Below, in pieces: positions 1 through 8,004 of a DNA stretch of 12,877 bases; the stretch's first letter is position 1, and the number at the start of each line of letters is the position of its first letter. The stretch is from Candidatus Firestoneibacteriota bacterium (GTDB lineage: Bacteria > Oederibacteriota > D2-FULL-39-29 > JBBTED01). The position numbers and the translations under genes were made by a program. Under the pieces are notes generated by a model, which was given only the letters and a program-made list of their open reading frames with translations, was not told where the DNA came from and searched no databases. The DNA lies in the NCBI GenBank assembly GCA_038042445.1, contig JBBTED010000118.1:1-12877 (forward strand), in the 5' to 3' direction.

Positions 1-2
1 AA

Positions 3-92
3 ACAGAAAAAGAAATCGGCCGGAGCGTGGTTTCCCAAAAAAATTATTTGCAAACTACGGAAAGCCGAAAACAGCTTAAAGCAAAAAAATAG
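3..92 (+). CDS. 3' end of an upstream gene (partial), possibly a Bro-N/antirepressor-like protein
   Basis: Frame 3 is open from the window edge: TEKEIGRSVVSQKNYLQTTESRKQLKAKK*, with TAG at 90-92. The E-x-x-x-G-x-x-V-V-x-x-x-N-Y-L pattern resembles, from memory, the C-terminus of bacterial Bro-N domain proteins. Only 29 codons are visible. Confidence 0.4.
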   Translation, partial: TEKEIGRSVVSQKNYLQTTESRKQLKAKK

Positions 93-124
93 ATATGGAG
101 ACAAGAGAAATTTTGTGGCATACC

Positions 125-153
125 TTGACTTTTTGCTGTATTTATTGTAATAT
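125..153 (+). promoter_or_regulatory. Putative sigma70-type promoter of the serine/2-oxoglutarate gene run
   Basis: TTGACT (125-130), 17-bp spacer, TAATAT (148-153). The ATG is at 163 with no Shine-Dalgarno in between. Confidence 0.55.
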
Positions 154-162
154 TTTGTCATT

Positions 163-1311
163 ATGAAAAAACGATATATAATGTCACCGGGGCCAACAGA
201 AATTCCAGCTGAAGTTTTGGTGGAAGCGGCAAAGCCGATAATACATCATAGAACTCCACAATATAGGAATGTTTTAGCTGAAGTATTGGAAGGTTTAAAG
301 TATGTGTTTCAAACGAAAAACGATATATTGATTTTTCCTTCTGCTGGAACTGGGGCAATGGAATCTGCTGTATGTAATTTAGTATCACCAGGTGATAAAG
401 TGCTTGTTGCATCTGTTGGTAATTTCGGTGAACGTTGGGTAAAAATTGCTAAAGCTTATGGTGCAAATGTGGAGCATTTAGCTTTTCAATGGGGTTATTC
501 AGTTGATCCTGCAAAAATTGAGGAAAAACTCAAGAGTATGCCTGAAATTTCTGTAGTTTATACAACACTTAGCGAAACATCTACAGGTGTAGAAAATGAT
601 ATTAAGGCAATAGGAAAAATTGTCCAAAAATATAATGCAGTTTTAGTGGTAGATGCAGTATCAGGTATGGCTGCTGTTGAATTCAAAACTGATGAATGGA
701 ATGTTGATGTAGTAGTTGTTGGTTCGCAGAAAGGTTTAATGCTTCCACCTGGTTTATCATTTGTTTCATTGAGTAATAAGGCATTGGAATTGGCAAAGAA
801 AAGTGTATCACCCAAATTTTACTTTAGCTATGAATCAGCTTTAAAATCACTTAAAGCTGAAAAATTACCTGATACACCATATACATCTGCTGTTTCATTA
901 ATTATGCAGCTTAAAGAAGCTATTAAGTTAATCAGAGATGAAGGTATTGAAAATATATGGAAACGGCATTCAAAATTGGCATCTGCTACAAGAGCAGGAA
1001 TACAGGCGCTTGGGCTTAAGCTTTTTCCTATAGATTCCTATAGTAATGCTGTGACTGCTATAAATGTTCCAGATGGAATTGATGGTTCAATATTTACAAA
1101 AAAGATTCGCGATGAATATGGTATAACATTAGCTGGTGGTCAGGGACAAATTAAAGGTAAGATATTCAGAATTGGGCATTTGGGTTATGCTGATACTTTT
1201 GATGTTATAATTGCAATATCTGCAGTTGAAATGGCTTTATATGAATTAGGATATCCTGTTGAACTTGGTGCTGGTGTCAAGGCAGCGGAAAAAGAATTGT
1301 TAAAAAAATAA
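163..1311 (+). CDS. Class V PLP-dependent aminotransferase (alanine-glyoxylate/serine-pyruvate aminotransferase family); probable phosphoserine aminotransferase by context
   Basis: N-terminal SPGPT and HHRTPQY, SAGTGAMES, ETSTGV, VVDAVS, PLP-lysine motif GSQKGLMLPPGL, TPYT, C-terminal GGQ...FRIGHLG. Lies upstream of serA. Confidence 0.92.
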   Translation: MKKRYIMSPGPTEIPAEVLVEAAKPIIHHRTPQYRNVLAEVLEGLKYVFQTKNDILIFPSAGTGAMESAVCNLVSPGDKVLVASVGNFGERWVKIAKAYGANVEHLAFQWGYSVDPAKIEEKLKSMPEISVVYTTLSETSTGVENDIKAIGKIVQKYNAVLVVDAVSGMAAVEFKTDEWNVDVVVVGSQKGLMLPPGLSFVSLSNKALELAKKSVSPKFYFSYESALKSLKAEKLPDTPYTSAVSLIMQLKEAIKLIRDEGIENIWKRHSKLASATRAGIQALGLKLFPIDSYSNAVTAINVPDGIDGSIFTKKIRDEYGITLAGGQGQIKGKIFRIGHLGYADTFDVIIAISAVEMALYELGYPVELGAGVKAAEKELLKK

Positions 1312-1337
1312 CGCATAGCTAAAAATGAAAAACTAAT
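1310..1337 (+). repeat. Degenerate heptamer tract (4 units)
   Basis: AACGCAT-AGCTAAA-AATGAAA-AACTAAT. Shares its start (TAACGCA) and end (AAAACTAA) with the tract at 4802-4836. Confidence 0.45.
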
Positions 1338-1341
1338 GTAT

Positions 1342-1418
1342 TTTGTCATGCTGAATTTATTTCAGCATCTAATAAAATTAATGTTTTTGAGATCCTGAAA
1401 CAAGTTCAGGATGACAAA
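1342..1418. repeat. REP/REPIN-like paired palindromic element (TGTCA type): two inverted 29-bp arms, each a hairpin
   Basis: Left arm 1342-1370 TTTGTCATGCTGAATTTATTTCAGCATCT; right arm 1390-1418 AGATCCTGAAACAAGTTCAGGATGACAAA. The arms match at 25/29 as inverted repeats. Internal 8-bp stems are ATGCTGAA/TTCAGCAT and ATCCTGAA/TTCAGGAT with 5-nt loops; the spacer is 19 nt. Confidence 0.85.
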
Positions 1419-1440
1419 TCAAGTTGTTTTTAATTTAATT

Positions 1441-1971
1441 ATGAGCGAATATCAGGATTTACATCAAAAATTTGAATATGCAATGAAAGAAACACAGGTT
1501 GTCCGACCTGTAAAACAGACAATTTTTACATTTTCGCCTACAGATGTAAATTATTATTTGATTACAGAATTTTTAAATAAAGCGATTATTGAAGTCAGAC
1601 GTGGAAAAATTACAATTGAGAGACCTGCAATAATTACTCCTGCAAGTATGTTTGGTAATTATTTCGAAGGTTTTGATAAAGAGCAGATGGAGTATATGGA
1701 AATGATGGTTAAACAACTTTCATTAAGGGGATTGCAGTATAAGTATAAAAATGTTACTGATAATGTGGATTTGATTTCTGGATCATTTGATGCAATTCTT
1801 GATAGAATAAATAATGAAATAGATAAAGATGAATTTAATCGTGCTACAGTTGTAAAAGGTGTTCCTGATATGTGGAGTGTTTCTTTAATGAAATGTGTAG
1901 TTGAGATAATAGCAAAGTCATTTCCGGGAAATGTGAAAGAGTTAGAAGAGAGAGGATGGTTTAATGTTTAA
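1441..1971 (+). CDS. Uncharacterised cytoplasmic protein (~176 aa)
   Basis: Long ORF with host-like codon usage, overlapping the serA start by 8 nt. The track start at 1411 falls inside the palindromic repeat, so ATG 1441 is preferred. No catalytic motif or TM segment recognised. Confidence 0.8.
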   Translation: MSEYQDLHQKFEYAMKETQVVRPVKQTIFTFSPTDVNYYLITEFLNKAIIEVRRGKITIERPAIITPASMFGNYFEGFDKEQMEYMEMMVKQLSLRGLQYKYKNVTDNVDLISGSFDAILDRINNEIDKDEFNRATVVKGVPDMWSVSLMKCVVEIIAKSFPGNVKELEERGWFNV

Positions 1972-3550
1972 AGTATTAGTTGCAGATCCATTAGCAGAAC
2001 AAGGAATAGAGATTCTTAAAAATGAGCAGGAAATTTCTGTAGATGTTAAAATAAAAATGTCTCCAAAAGATTTGATTTCCTGCATAGCTGAATATGATGT
2101 TTTATTAGTTCGTTCTGAAACAAAAGTTACCGAAGAAATAATTACTGCAGGAAAAAAATTAAAAATAATTGGCAGAGCAGGTGTGGGTTTGGACAATGTA
2201 AATTTGAATTTTGCTACTAAACATGGCATAATTGTTATGAATACTCCTGATGGCAATACTATTTCTGCTGCTGAACATACTTTATCTATGTTATTAGCAC
2301 TTTCCAGAAATATTCCACAGGCTGATGCATCATTGCGTGCAAAACAATGGAACAGGAAACAATTTACAGGTGTTGAATTATACGGCAAAATTCTTGGAAT
2401 AATCGGAATGGGTAGAATTGGAAGAGAAGTAGCAAAACGCGCACTTGGTTTTAAAATGCGTATTGTTGCTTATGACCCATTTCTATCACCTGAAGAAGCA
2501 CATAAATTAGAAGTGGAACTTGTTGATGATATGTCTGAATTATTAAGAAAATCTGATTATTTGACATTTCATACTCCTTTAACAAGCGAAACCAAACATT
2601 TGATTGGTGAAAATGAAATTGCGATGATGAAGAAAAATATGAGAATTATTAATTGTGCAAGAGGTGGAATAGTTGATGAGTCTGCTCTTGAAAAAGCTTT
2701 AAAAACCGGTAAAATTGCTGGTGCTGCTTTAGATGTTTTTGAAAAAGAACCACCATTTGAAAGTGCTCTTTTAGATTTACCAAATGTTATTGTAACTCCA
2801 CATCTTGGTGCATCTACAGAAGAAGCACAGATTAATGTTTCAATTGCAATTGCTCATCAGGTAATAGATGCTCTTAAAAATAAAGTTGTCAGAAATGCTG
2901 CTAATGTTCCGGCTGTAGAACCAGAAACATTAAAAAAGATACAACCATATTTAACACTATGTGAAAAATTGGGAGGATTGATTTCACAACTTATTGAAGG
3001 ACATTTATTGCAAATTGAAGTTGAATATAGCGGTCAGATTACAGATTACAATTTGTCACCAATGACTGTAAGTTTAATTAAAGGTTTGCTTGAACCAATT
3101 TCTTCAGAAGTAATAAATTATGTAAATGCTCCAATATTTGCAAAAGAAAGAGGAATAAAATTAATTGAAAGCAAAAGTACAGATACAAAGGATTTTGTAA
3201 ATCTAATAACTGTCCGAGCAAAAACTGATAAAATGGAAAAACAGATTTCCGGTAGCATTTTTGGAAAAATGAATTTAAGAATTGTAAATATTGATGGCTA
3301 TGAAATGGATGTTGAGTTGTTTCCTCATATTCTTGTATTATCAAATATTGATAAGCCTGGGGTAGTTGGAAATGTTGGGTCAATGCTTGGGCAATGCAAT
3401 ATAAATATAGCTGGTTTGCAAATGGGAAGAAAAGTGGAAGGTGGTAATGCAATTACTGTTCTTACTATTGATACTGCTGTTACAAGCGAAATAATTGATA
3501 AGTTGAAAAAACTTGAAAATATAATTGATGTGAAATATATAAAATTGTAA
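1964..3550 (+). CDS. serA: D-3-phosphoglycerate dehydrogenase (long type I, with ASB and ACT domains)
   Basis: GRAGVGLDNV, NTPDGNTISAAEH, Rossmann GMGRIG, YDPF, NCARGGIVDE, ALDVF, TPHLGASTEEAQ, VNYVNA, ACT-like NIDKPGVVG..NINIA; 528 aa; GAGGA upstream at 1952-1956. Confidence 0.97.
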   Translation: MFKVLVADPLAEQGIEILKNEQEISVDVKIKMSPKDLISCIAEYDVLLVRSETKVTEEIITAGKKLKIIGRAGVGLDNVNLNFATKHGIIVMNTPDGNTISAAEHTLSMLLALSRNIPQADASLRAKQWNRKQFTGVELYGKILGIIGMGRIGREVAKRALGFKMRIVAYDPFLSPEEAHKLEVELVDDMSELLRKSDYLTFHTPLTSETKHLIGENEIAMMKKNMRIINCARGGIVDESALEKALKTGKIAGAALDVFEKEPPFESALLDLPNVIVTPHLGASTEEAQINVSIAIAHQVIDALKNKVVRNAANVPAVEPETLKKIQPYLTLCEKLGGLISQLIEGHLLQIEVEYSGQITDYNLSPMTVSLIKGLLEPISSEVINYVNAPIFAKERGIKLIESKSTDTKDFVNLITVRAKTDKMEKQISGSIFGKMNLRIVNIDGYEMDVELFPHILVLSNIDKPGVVGNVGSMLGQCNINIAGLQMGRKVEGGNAITVLTIDTAVTSEIIDKLKKLENIIDVKYIKL

Positions 3551-3553
3551 ATT

Positions 3554-4795
3554 ATGCAGACAAAAAATAAAATATATATAATTGATGTAACAAATCGTGA
3601 TGGTGTTCAGACATCAAGATTAGGTCTTGCAAAATTACAAAAGACAATGATAAATCTTTATCTTAATGAAATAGGGGTTTATCAAAGCGAATTTGGTTTT
3701 CCAGCTACAAAGCATGAGTCAAATTATTTAAGTGCCAATCTTGAGTTAGCAAAAATCGGAGTTTTAAAACCTATTATATTAAGTGGTTGGATTCGTGCAA
3801 TTGAAAAAGATGTAGCAACTGCATTTGCTCGTGTTAAAAATATTGAACATCTTAATGTTTCAATTTCTACTTCTGAACAAATGACAAATAGCAAATTTCA
3901 AGGTAGATTTAGTAGAGATGATATAATAAAGATGATGATTGATTCAGTGGTTCTTGCCAAGAAAAAAGGTGCAGTTACAGTTGGTGTAAATGCTGAAGAT
4001 GCGTCTCGTACGGATATGGAATTTCTTATCAAATTTGCAATGGCGGCTAAAGAGTATGGAGCAAATAGAATACGTTATTGCGATACATTAGGTTACGATT
4101 CTCCCCATACTATTTATGAAAGAATAAAAGAACTTGCAATAGCAGTAAATTTGCCTATTGAATTGCATTGTCATAATGATTTAGGTATGGCTGTTGCTTG
4201 TTCAATTGCAGGTGCTAAAGGTGCTATAGATGGTGGAGTAGACGCTTATATAAATACCACAATAAATGGTATGGGTGAAAGAGCTGGAAATGCAGATCTT
4301 ATTTCTTGTATTTTGGCTATAAAATATGCAAGTGGTATTTCTGGCGAATATTCTTTGGATGATAGAATTGATTTGTCAAAAGCATGGAAGATAACTAAAT
4401 ATGCGTCTTATGCATTTAATGTGCCAATTCCAATAAACCAACCAGGTGTTGGAGATAATGCATTTGCGCATGAATCAGGTATACATGTTGATGGTGCATT
4501 AAAGAACCATAGAAATTATGAGTTATATGATTTTTCAGAACTTGGAAGAGGTGAGCCAGAGATAGTTGAAACTGGTAGAATGATTACAATAGGTGAATAT
4601 AGTGGTATCAAAGGTGTTCGCAATGTATACGAAAAACTTGAGGTTAAATTTAATACTCAAAAAGAGGGTGAAAAAATATTAGAACTCTGTAGATATGCAA
4701 ATGTTCATACTCAGAAACCATTAGTTGTTGATGAATTACGCTTTATTGCAAAATATCCAGAAATTGCCCGCAAATTAATGATAGTTACGCCATAA
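3554..4795 (+). CDS. DRE-TIM acyl-CoA condensing enzyme, homocitrate synthase/isopropylmalate synthase family; probable Re-citrate synthase
   Basis: DVTNRDGVQT, AEDASR, YCDTLG, metal-binding HCHND, GMGERAGNAD, FAHESGIH. At 413 aa it lacks the C-terminal leucine-binding domain of LeuA. Confidence 0.85.
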   Translation: MQTKNKIYIIDVTNRDGVQTSRLGLAKLQKTMINLYLNEIGVYQSEFGFPATKHESNYLSANLELAKIGVLKPIILSGWIRAIEKDVATAFARVKNIEHLNVSISTSEQMTNSKFQGRFSRDDIIKMMIDSVVLAKKKGAVTVGVNAEDASRTDMEFLIKFAMAAKEYGANRIRYCDTLGYDSPHTIYERIKELAIAVNLPIELHCHNDLGMAVACSIAGAKGAIDGGVDAYINTTINGMGERAGNADLISCILAIKYASGISGEYSLDDRIDLSKAWKITKYASYAFNVPIPINQPGVGDNAFAHESGIHVDGALKNHRNYELYDFSELGRGEPEIVETGRMITIGEYSGIKGVRNVYEKLEVKFNTQKEGEKILELCRYANVHTQKPLVVDELRFIAKYPEIARKLMIVTP

Positions 4796-4801
4796 TTGAA
4801 T

Positions 4802-4836
4802 AACGCAAAACGAAAAACGGAAAGTGTAAAACTAAG
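4802..4836 (+). repeat. Degenerate heptamer tract (5 units)
   Basis: AACGCAA-AACGAAA-AACGGAA-AGTGTAA-AACTAAG fills most of the 43-bp intergenic gap. Confidence 0.55.
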
Positions 4837-4838
4837 GT

Positions 4839-6089
4839 ATGAAGACACCTAAAACAATTTCAGAAAAAATAATTTCAGAACATACAGGTGGCAAATCTGT
4901 TATAGCTGGAGAATTTGTTGTTGCAAATATAGATTTGGCAATGGCGCAGGATGGAACTGGCCCACTGACAATTCAGGAAATTAAAAAACTTACTAAAGGT
5001 AAACTGGCCAATCCTAAAAAAACAATATTTTTTATTGATCATTCTGCACCAAGTTGCAGAAAAGAACTTTCTAATGCACATAAAACTATACGCGAATTTG
5101 CAAAAGAAAATGGTGCAGTTTTATCAGAAGTTGGCAAAGGAGTTTGTCATCAGTTACTTGTGGAATCTTATGTGAATCCAGGTGATTTAGTTATCGGCGC
5201 AGATTCGCATACATGCACTTCAGGTGCAATTGGTGCTTTTGCTACTGGAATGGGGTCTACTGATGTGGCAGTTGGTATGGCATTAGGTAAAATATGGCTC
5301 AAAGTGCCTGAAACATGGAAAATAGAAATTTCTGGAAAGTTAAAGGAGAATGTTTACTCAAAGGATTTAATTCTTTATATAATAGGAAAAATTGGAGCTG
5401 ATGGTGCAACATACAAAGCATTGGAATTTACAGGCTCTACTATTCAAAATATGTCGATGTCTGAGAGATTAACATTAACAAATATGGCAGTAGAAGCAGG
5501 TGCAAAAACTGGAATTATAGAAACCGATAGTAAAACAAAGAATTTTTTAAAGAAATATGGCAGAGCAAATAGATTCCGTCATATTTTTTCAGATGAAGGT
5601 GCAAAATTTGAAAAGGTTATTAAAATTGATGCATCTATCATTGAACCTGTAGTTTCCTGTCCTGATACTGTTGATAATGTTCAATCCGTTAGAAAACTTA
5701 AGGGATTAAAAATTGACCAGGTTTTTATAGGAACTTGTACTAATGGTAGAATCGAAGATTTGAGAATTGCCGCAAGAATTTTAAAGAAAAAAAAACGACA
5801 TACAAATACACGTTTAATAGTTATTCCTGCTTCACAAACAATATATTCTGAAGCATTAAAAGAAGGTTTGATAAAAATATTTGTGGATGCAGATGCAGTG
5901 GTTCTTGCTCCTGGCTGTGGTCCGTGTGTTGGTGTGCACGAGGGGATTTTGGCAGATGGAGAAATTTGTCTTTCAACTCAGAATAGAAATTTTAAAGGCA
6001 GGATGGGAAATCCTAATTCAAAAATCTATTTATGTTCACCTGCTACTGCAGCAATTTCTGCAATTAGAGGAGAAATAGCAATAAAATGA
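4839..6089 (+). CDS. Aconitase-superfamily hydratase large subunit (3-isopropylmalate dehydratase/homoaconitase LeuC/HacA family)
   Basis: QDGT, DH, GVCHQ, GADSHTCTSGA, MAVEAGAK, [4Fe-4S] cysteines in GTCTNGR and CGPCVG, STQNRNFKGRMG, SPATAA; short 416-aa type. Confidence 0.93.
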   Translation: MKTPKTISEKIISEHTGGKSVIAGEFVVANIDLAMAQDGTGPLTIQEIKKLTKGKLANPKKTIFFIDHSAPSCRKELSNAHKTIREFAKENGAVLSEVGKGVCHQLLVESYVNPGDLVIGADSHTCTSGAIGAFATGMGSTDVAVGMALGKIWLKVPETWKIEISGKLKENVYSKDLILYIIGKIGADGATYKALEFTGSTIQNMSMSERLTLTNMAVEAGAKTGIIETDSKTKNFLKKYGRANRFRHIFSDEGAKFEKVIKIDASIIEPVVSCPDTVDNVQSVRKLKGLKIDQVFIGTCTNGRIEDLRIAARILKKKKRHTNTRLIVIPASQTIYSEALKEGLIKIFVDADAVVLAPGCGPCVGVHEGILADGEICLSTQNRNFKGRMGNPNSKIYLCSPATAAISAIRGEIAIK

Positions 6090-6586
6090 TACTAAAAGGA
6101 AAAGCATGGAAATTTGGCGATAGTATAAGTACGGATCATATTACTCCGGGAAGATATTTTCATTTACGGACAAATTTGCCAGAACTTGCAAAACATGTAT
6201 TAGAGGATGCTGACCCAGATTTTGCAAAGAAATTTTCAAAAGGAGATTTTGTAGTTGCAGGTTTAAATTTTGGGCTTGGTTCTTCCAGAGAACATGCACC
6301 GCAAATTATTAAAATAAGTGGTTTAAATGCTGTTCTTGCAAAATCATTTGCACGAATATTTTTCAGAAATGCAATTAACATAGGATTACTTGTTTTAGAG
6401 TGTGATACAGATAAAATTAAGCAAAGAGATGAAATTGAAATTAACTTAGAAAAAGGTATAATAAAAAATTTGACACAAAAAACGGAAATAGTGTTTAAGC
6501 CACTTCCAAAAGTGATGGTTACTATTCTTAAAGATAAAGGTTTAGTTAATCACATAAAAAAGCATAACGGTTTTAACTTGACATGA
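6086..6586 (+). CDS. Aconitase-superfamily hydratase small subunit (LeuD/HacB family)
   Basis: GKAWKFGDSISTDHITPGRY, NFGLGSSREHA, SFARIFFRNAINIG; ATGA overlap with the large-subunit gene. Confidence 0.93.
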   Translation: MILKGKAWKFGDSISTDHITPGRYFHLRTNLPELAKHVLEDADPDFAKKFSKGDFVVAGLNFGLGSSREHAPQIIKISGLNAVLAKSFARIFFRNAINIGLLVLECDTDKIKQRDEIEINLEKGIIKNLTQKTEIVFKPLPKVMVTILKDKGLVNHIKKHNGFNLT

Positions 6587-6588
6587 AA

Positions 6589-6641
6589 TGTCATTGCGTG
6601 TGGTGTAGTTGCCGATTTATCGGCAAAAATGAAGCAATCTC
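6589..6641 (+). repeat. Composite REP-like element: TGTCATTGCG...GAAGCAATCTC shell enclosing a GTAG-type hairpin
   Basis: Outer ATTGC (6593-6597) pairs with GCAAT (6634-6638). Inside are GTAG (6605-6608) and TTGCCGA-TTTA-TCGGCAA (6609-6626). Confidence 0.7.
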
Positions 6642-6648
6642 ATAAATT

Positions 6649-7701
6649 ATGCAATATACAGTTACCTTAATACCAGGTGATGGCACAGGTCCAGAATTAG
6701 TCAAAGAAGTTCAACGAGTAATAGATGCAACCTGTGTTAAAATAAATTGGGAGATTTTTAATGTAGGAGTTGATGTTATTGAAAAATATGGGACTCCATT
6801 ACCTGAAAATGCACTTTTATCTATCCGGAAAAATAAAGTTGCTTTAAAAGGTCCTGTAACTACACCAATTGGTACTGGCATACGAAGTGTAAATGTAGCT
6901 TTAAGAAAAGAACTTGATTTATACGCTTGCGTTCGGCCTTGTAAATCTTTTAATGCAAATTGGACAAAATATAAAAATATAGATATAGTTGTTGTTCGGG
7001 AGAACACTGAAGATTTATATGCAGGAGTTGAATTCAAACAAGGTAGTTCTGAGGCAAATGAAATAATTAAAATGTCGAAAAATAAAATAAGACAAAATTC
7101 TGCCATTAGTATAAAATCAATATCCTATGATGCTTCTTATAAAATAATAAAATTTGCGTTTGACTATGCAGTAAAAGAAAAAAGAAAAAAAGTTACTGCT
7201 GTAACTAAGGCAAATATAATGAAATATACAGATGGTTTATTTTTTGATGTAGCGCGAGAAATAGCAAAAAATTATCCAAATATTGAATATGAAGAGCGAT
7301 TGGTTGATAATATGAGTATGCAATTGGTGACTAAACCGCAAATGTATGATGTTCTTGTATTGCCAAATTTATACGGGGATATAATTTCAGATTTGTGCGC
7401 AGGTTTAATAGGCGGCTTAGGTGTAGCGCCTGGAGCAAATTATGGCGATAATATGGCTTTATTTGAAGCTGTTCATGGCAGTGCACCAAAATATAAAGGG
7501 TTGAACAAAGTTAATCCTACTGCTTTAATTCTTTCTTCTGCATTAATGTTAAAATATTTAGGTGAGATTGAAGCAGGAAACAAAATTACAAATGCAGTTA
7601 GAAAAGTTATTGAAGAAGGCAAAGTAGTTACCTATGATTTAGGTGGAATTGCCACTTCTACGGAAATAACTAATGAAATAATAAAGAATATAAAAGTCTA
7701 A
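6649..7701 (+). CDS. icd: Isocitrate dehydrogenase, probably NADP-dependent (isocitrate/isopropylmalate dehydrogenase family)
   Basis: [17 protein letters not shown], isocitrate-type [47 protein letters not shown]. The Lys-Tyr pair matches NADP-specific E. coli IDH; NAD enzymes have Asp-Ile. Confidence 0.85.
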   Translation: MQYTVTLIPGDGTGPELVKEVQRVIDATCVKINWEIFNVGVDVIEKYGTPLPENALLSIRKNKVALKGPVTTPIGTGIRSVNVALRKELDLYACVRPCKSFNANWTKYKNIDIVVVRENTEDLYAGVEFKQGSSEANEIIKMSKNKIRQNSAISIKSISYDASYKIIKFAFDYAVKEKRKKVTAVTKANIMKYTDGLFFDVAREIAKNYPNIEYEERLVDNMSMQLVTKPQMYDVLVLPNLYGDIISDLCAGLIGGLGVAPGANYGDNMALFEAVHGSAPKYKGLNKVNPTALILSSALMLKYLGEIEAGNKITNAVRKVIEEGKVVTYDLGGIATSTEITNEIIKNIKV

Positions 7702-7713
7702 TATTGTATAATA

Positions 7714-8004
7714 ATGGATGAAAAGAAAATTGTTTATACGCAACATTTGCAATTACGAATAAAATTTAGAGAGATTGATAACGAGTTACCATATAAAATA
7801 TATAGAACATCAACAGAAAAATATTTTGATTATAATACTAACTATTATATTGCGGTAAGTAATGTGCATTATAAAGGAAAAATGAGAGAAATGGCTATTG
7901 TTTATGAAGAAACTATAAATGAAATTAAAATTATTACAATGCATCCATTGAAATTATATGAGAAAATGAATAGAATTAATCGTGGGAGGTGGCGAAAAAT
8001 ATGA
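7714..8004 (+). CDS. Putative RelE/BrnT-fold toxin, DUF4258-like
   Basis: 96 aa, basic; N-terminal YTQH...R...REI and C-terminal AIVYE...IKIITMHP; ATGA overlap with the downstream DUF2283-like gene. Confidence 0.65.
   Translation: MDEKKIVYTQHLQLRIKFREIDNELPYKIYRTSTEKYFDYNTNYYIAVSNVHYKGKMREMAIVYEETINEIKIITMHPLKLYEKMNRINRGRWRKI

Noticed and set aside
16..67. Possible structured RNA or riboswitch upstream of the first gene (CGTGGTTT/AAACTACG pairing)
   Set aside because: Better explained as the coding tail of the upstream gene; it lies upstream of the predicted promoter and matches no riboswitch consensus I recognise.
151..161. TATTTTGTCAT shared with 1339-1349
   Set aside because: An 11-bp AT-rich match with no hairpin following; may be chance.
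1411..1440. Track start codon at 1411 for the hypothetical protein
   Set aside because: This ATG is part of the right arm of the palindromic repeat; 1441 is more plausible.
3554..4795. nifV or leuA assignment
   Set aside because: No nif genes in the window, no LeuA regulatory domain, and the linked dehydrogenase has isocitrate-type rather than LeuB-type motifs.
5881..6078. 65-aa alternative-frame ORF inside the hydratase large subunit gene
   Set aside because: It overlaps conserved Fe-S motifs in another frame and has no independent support.
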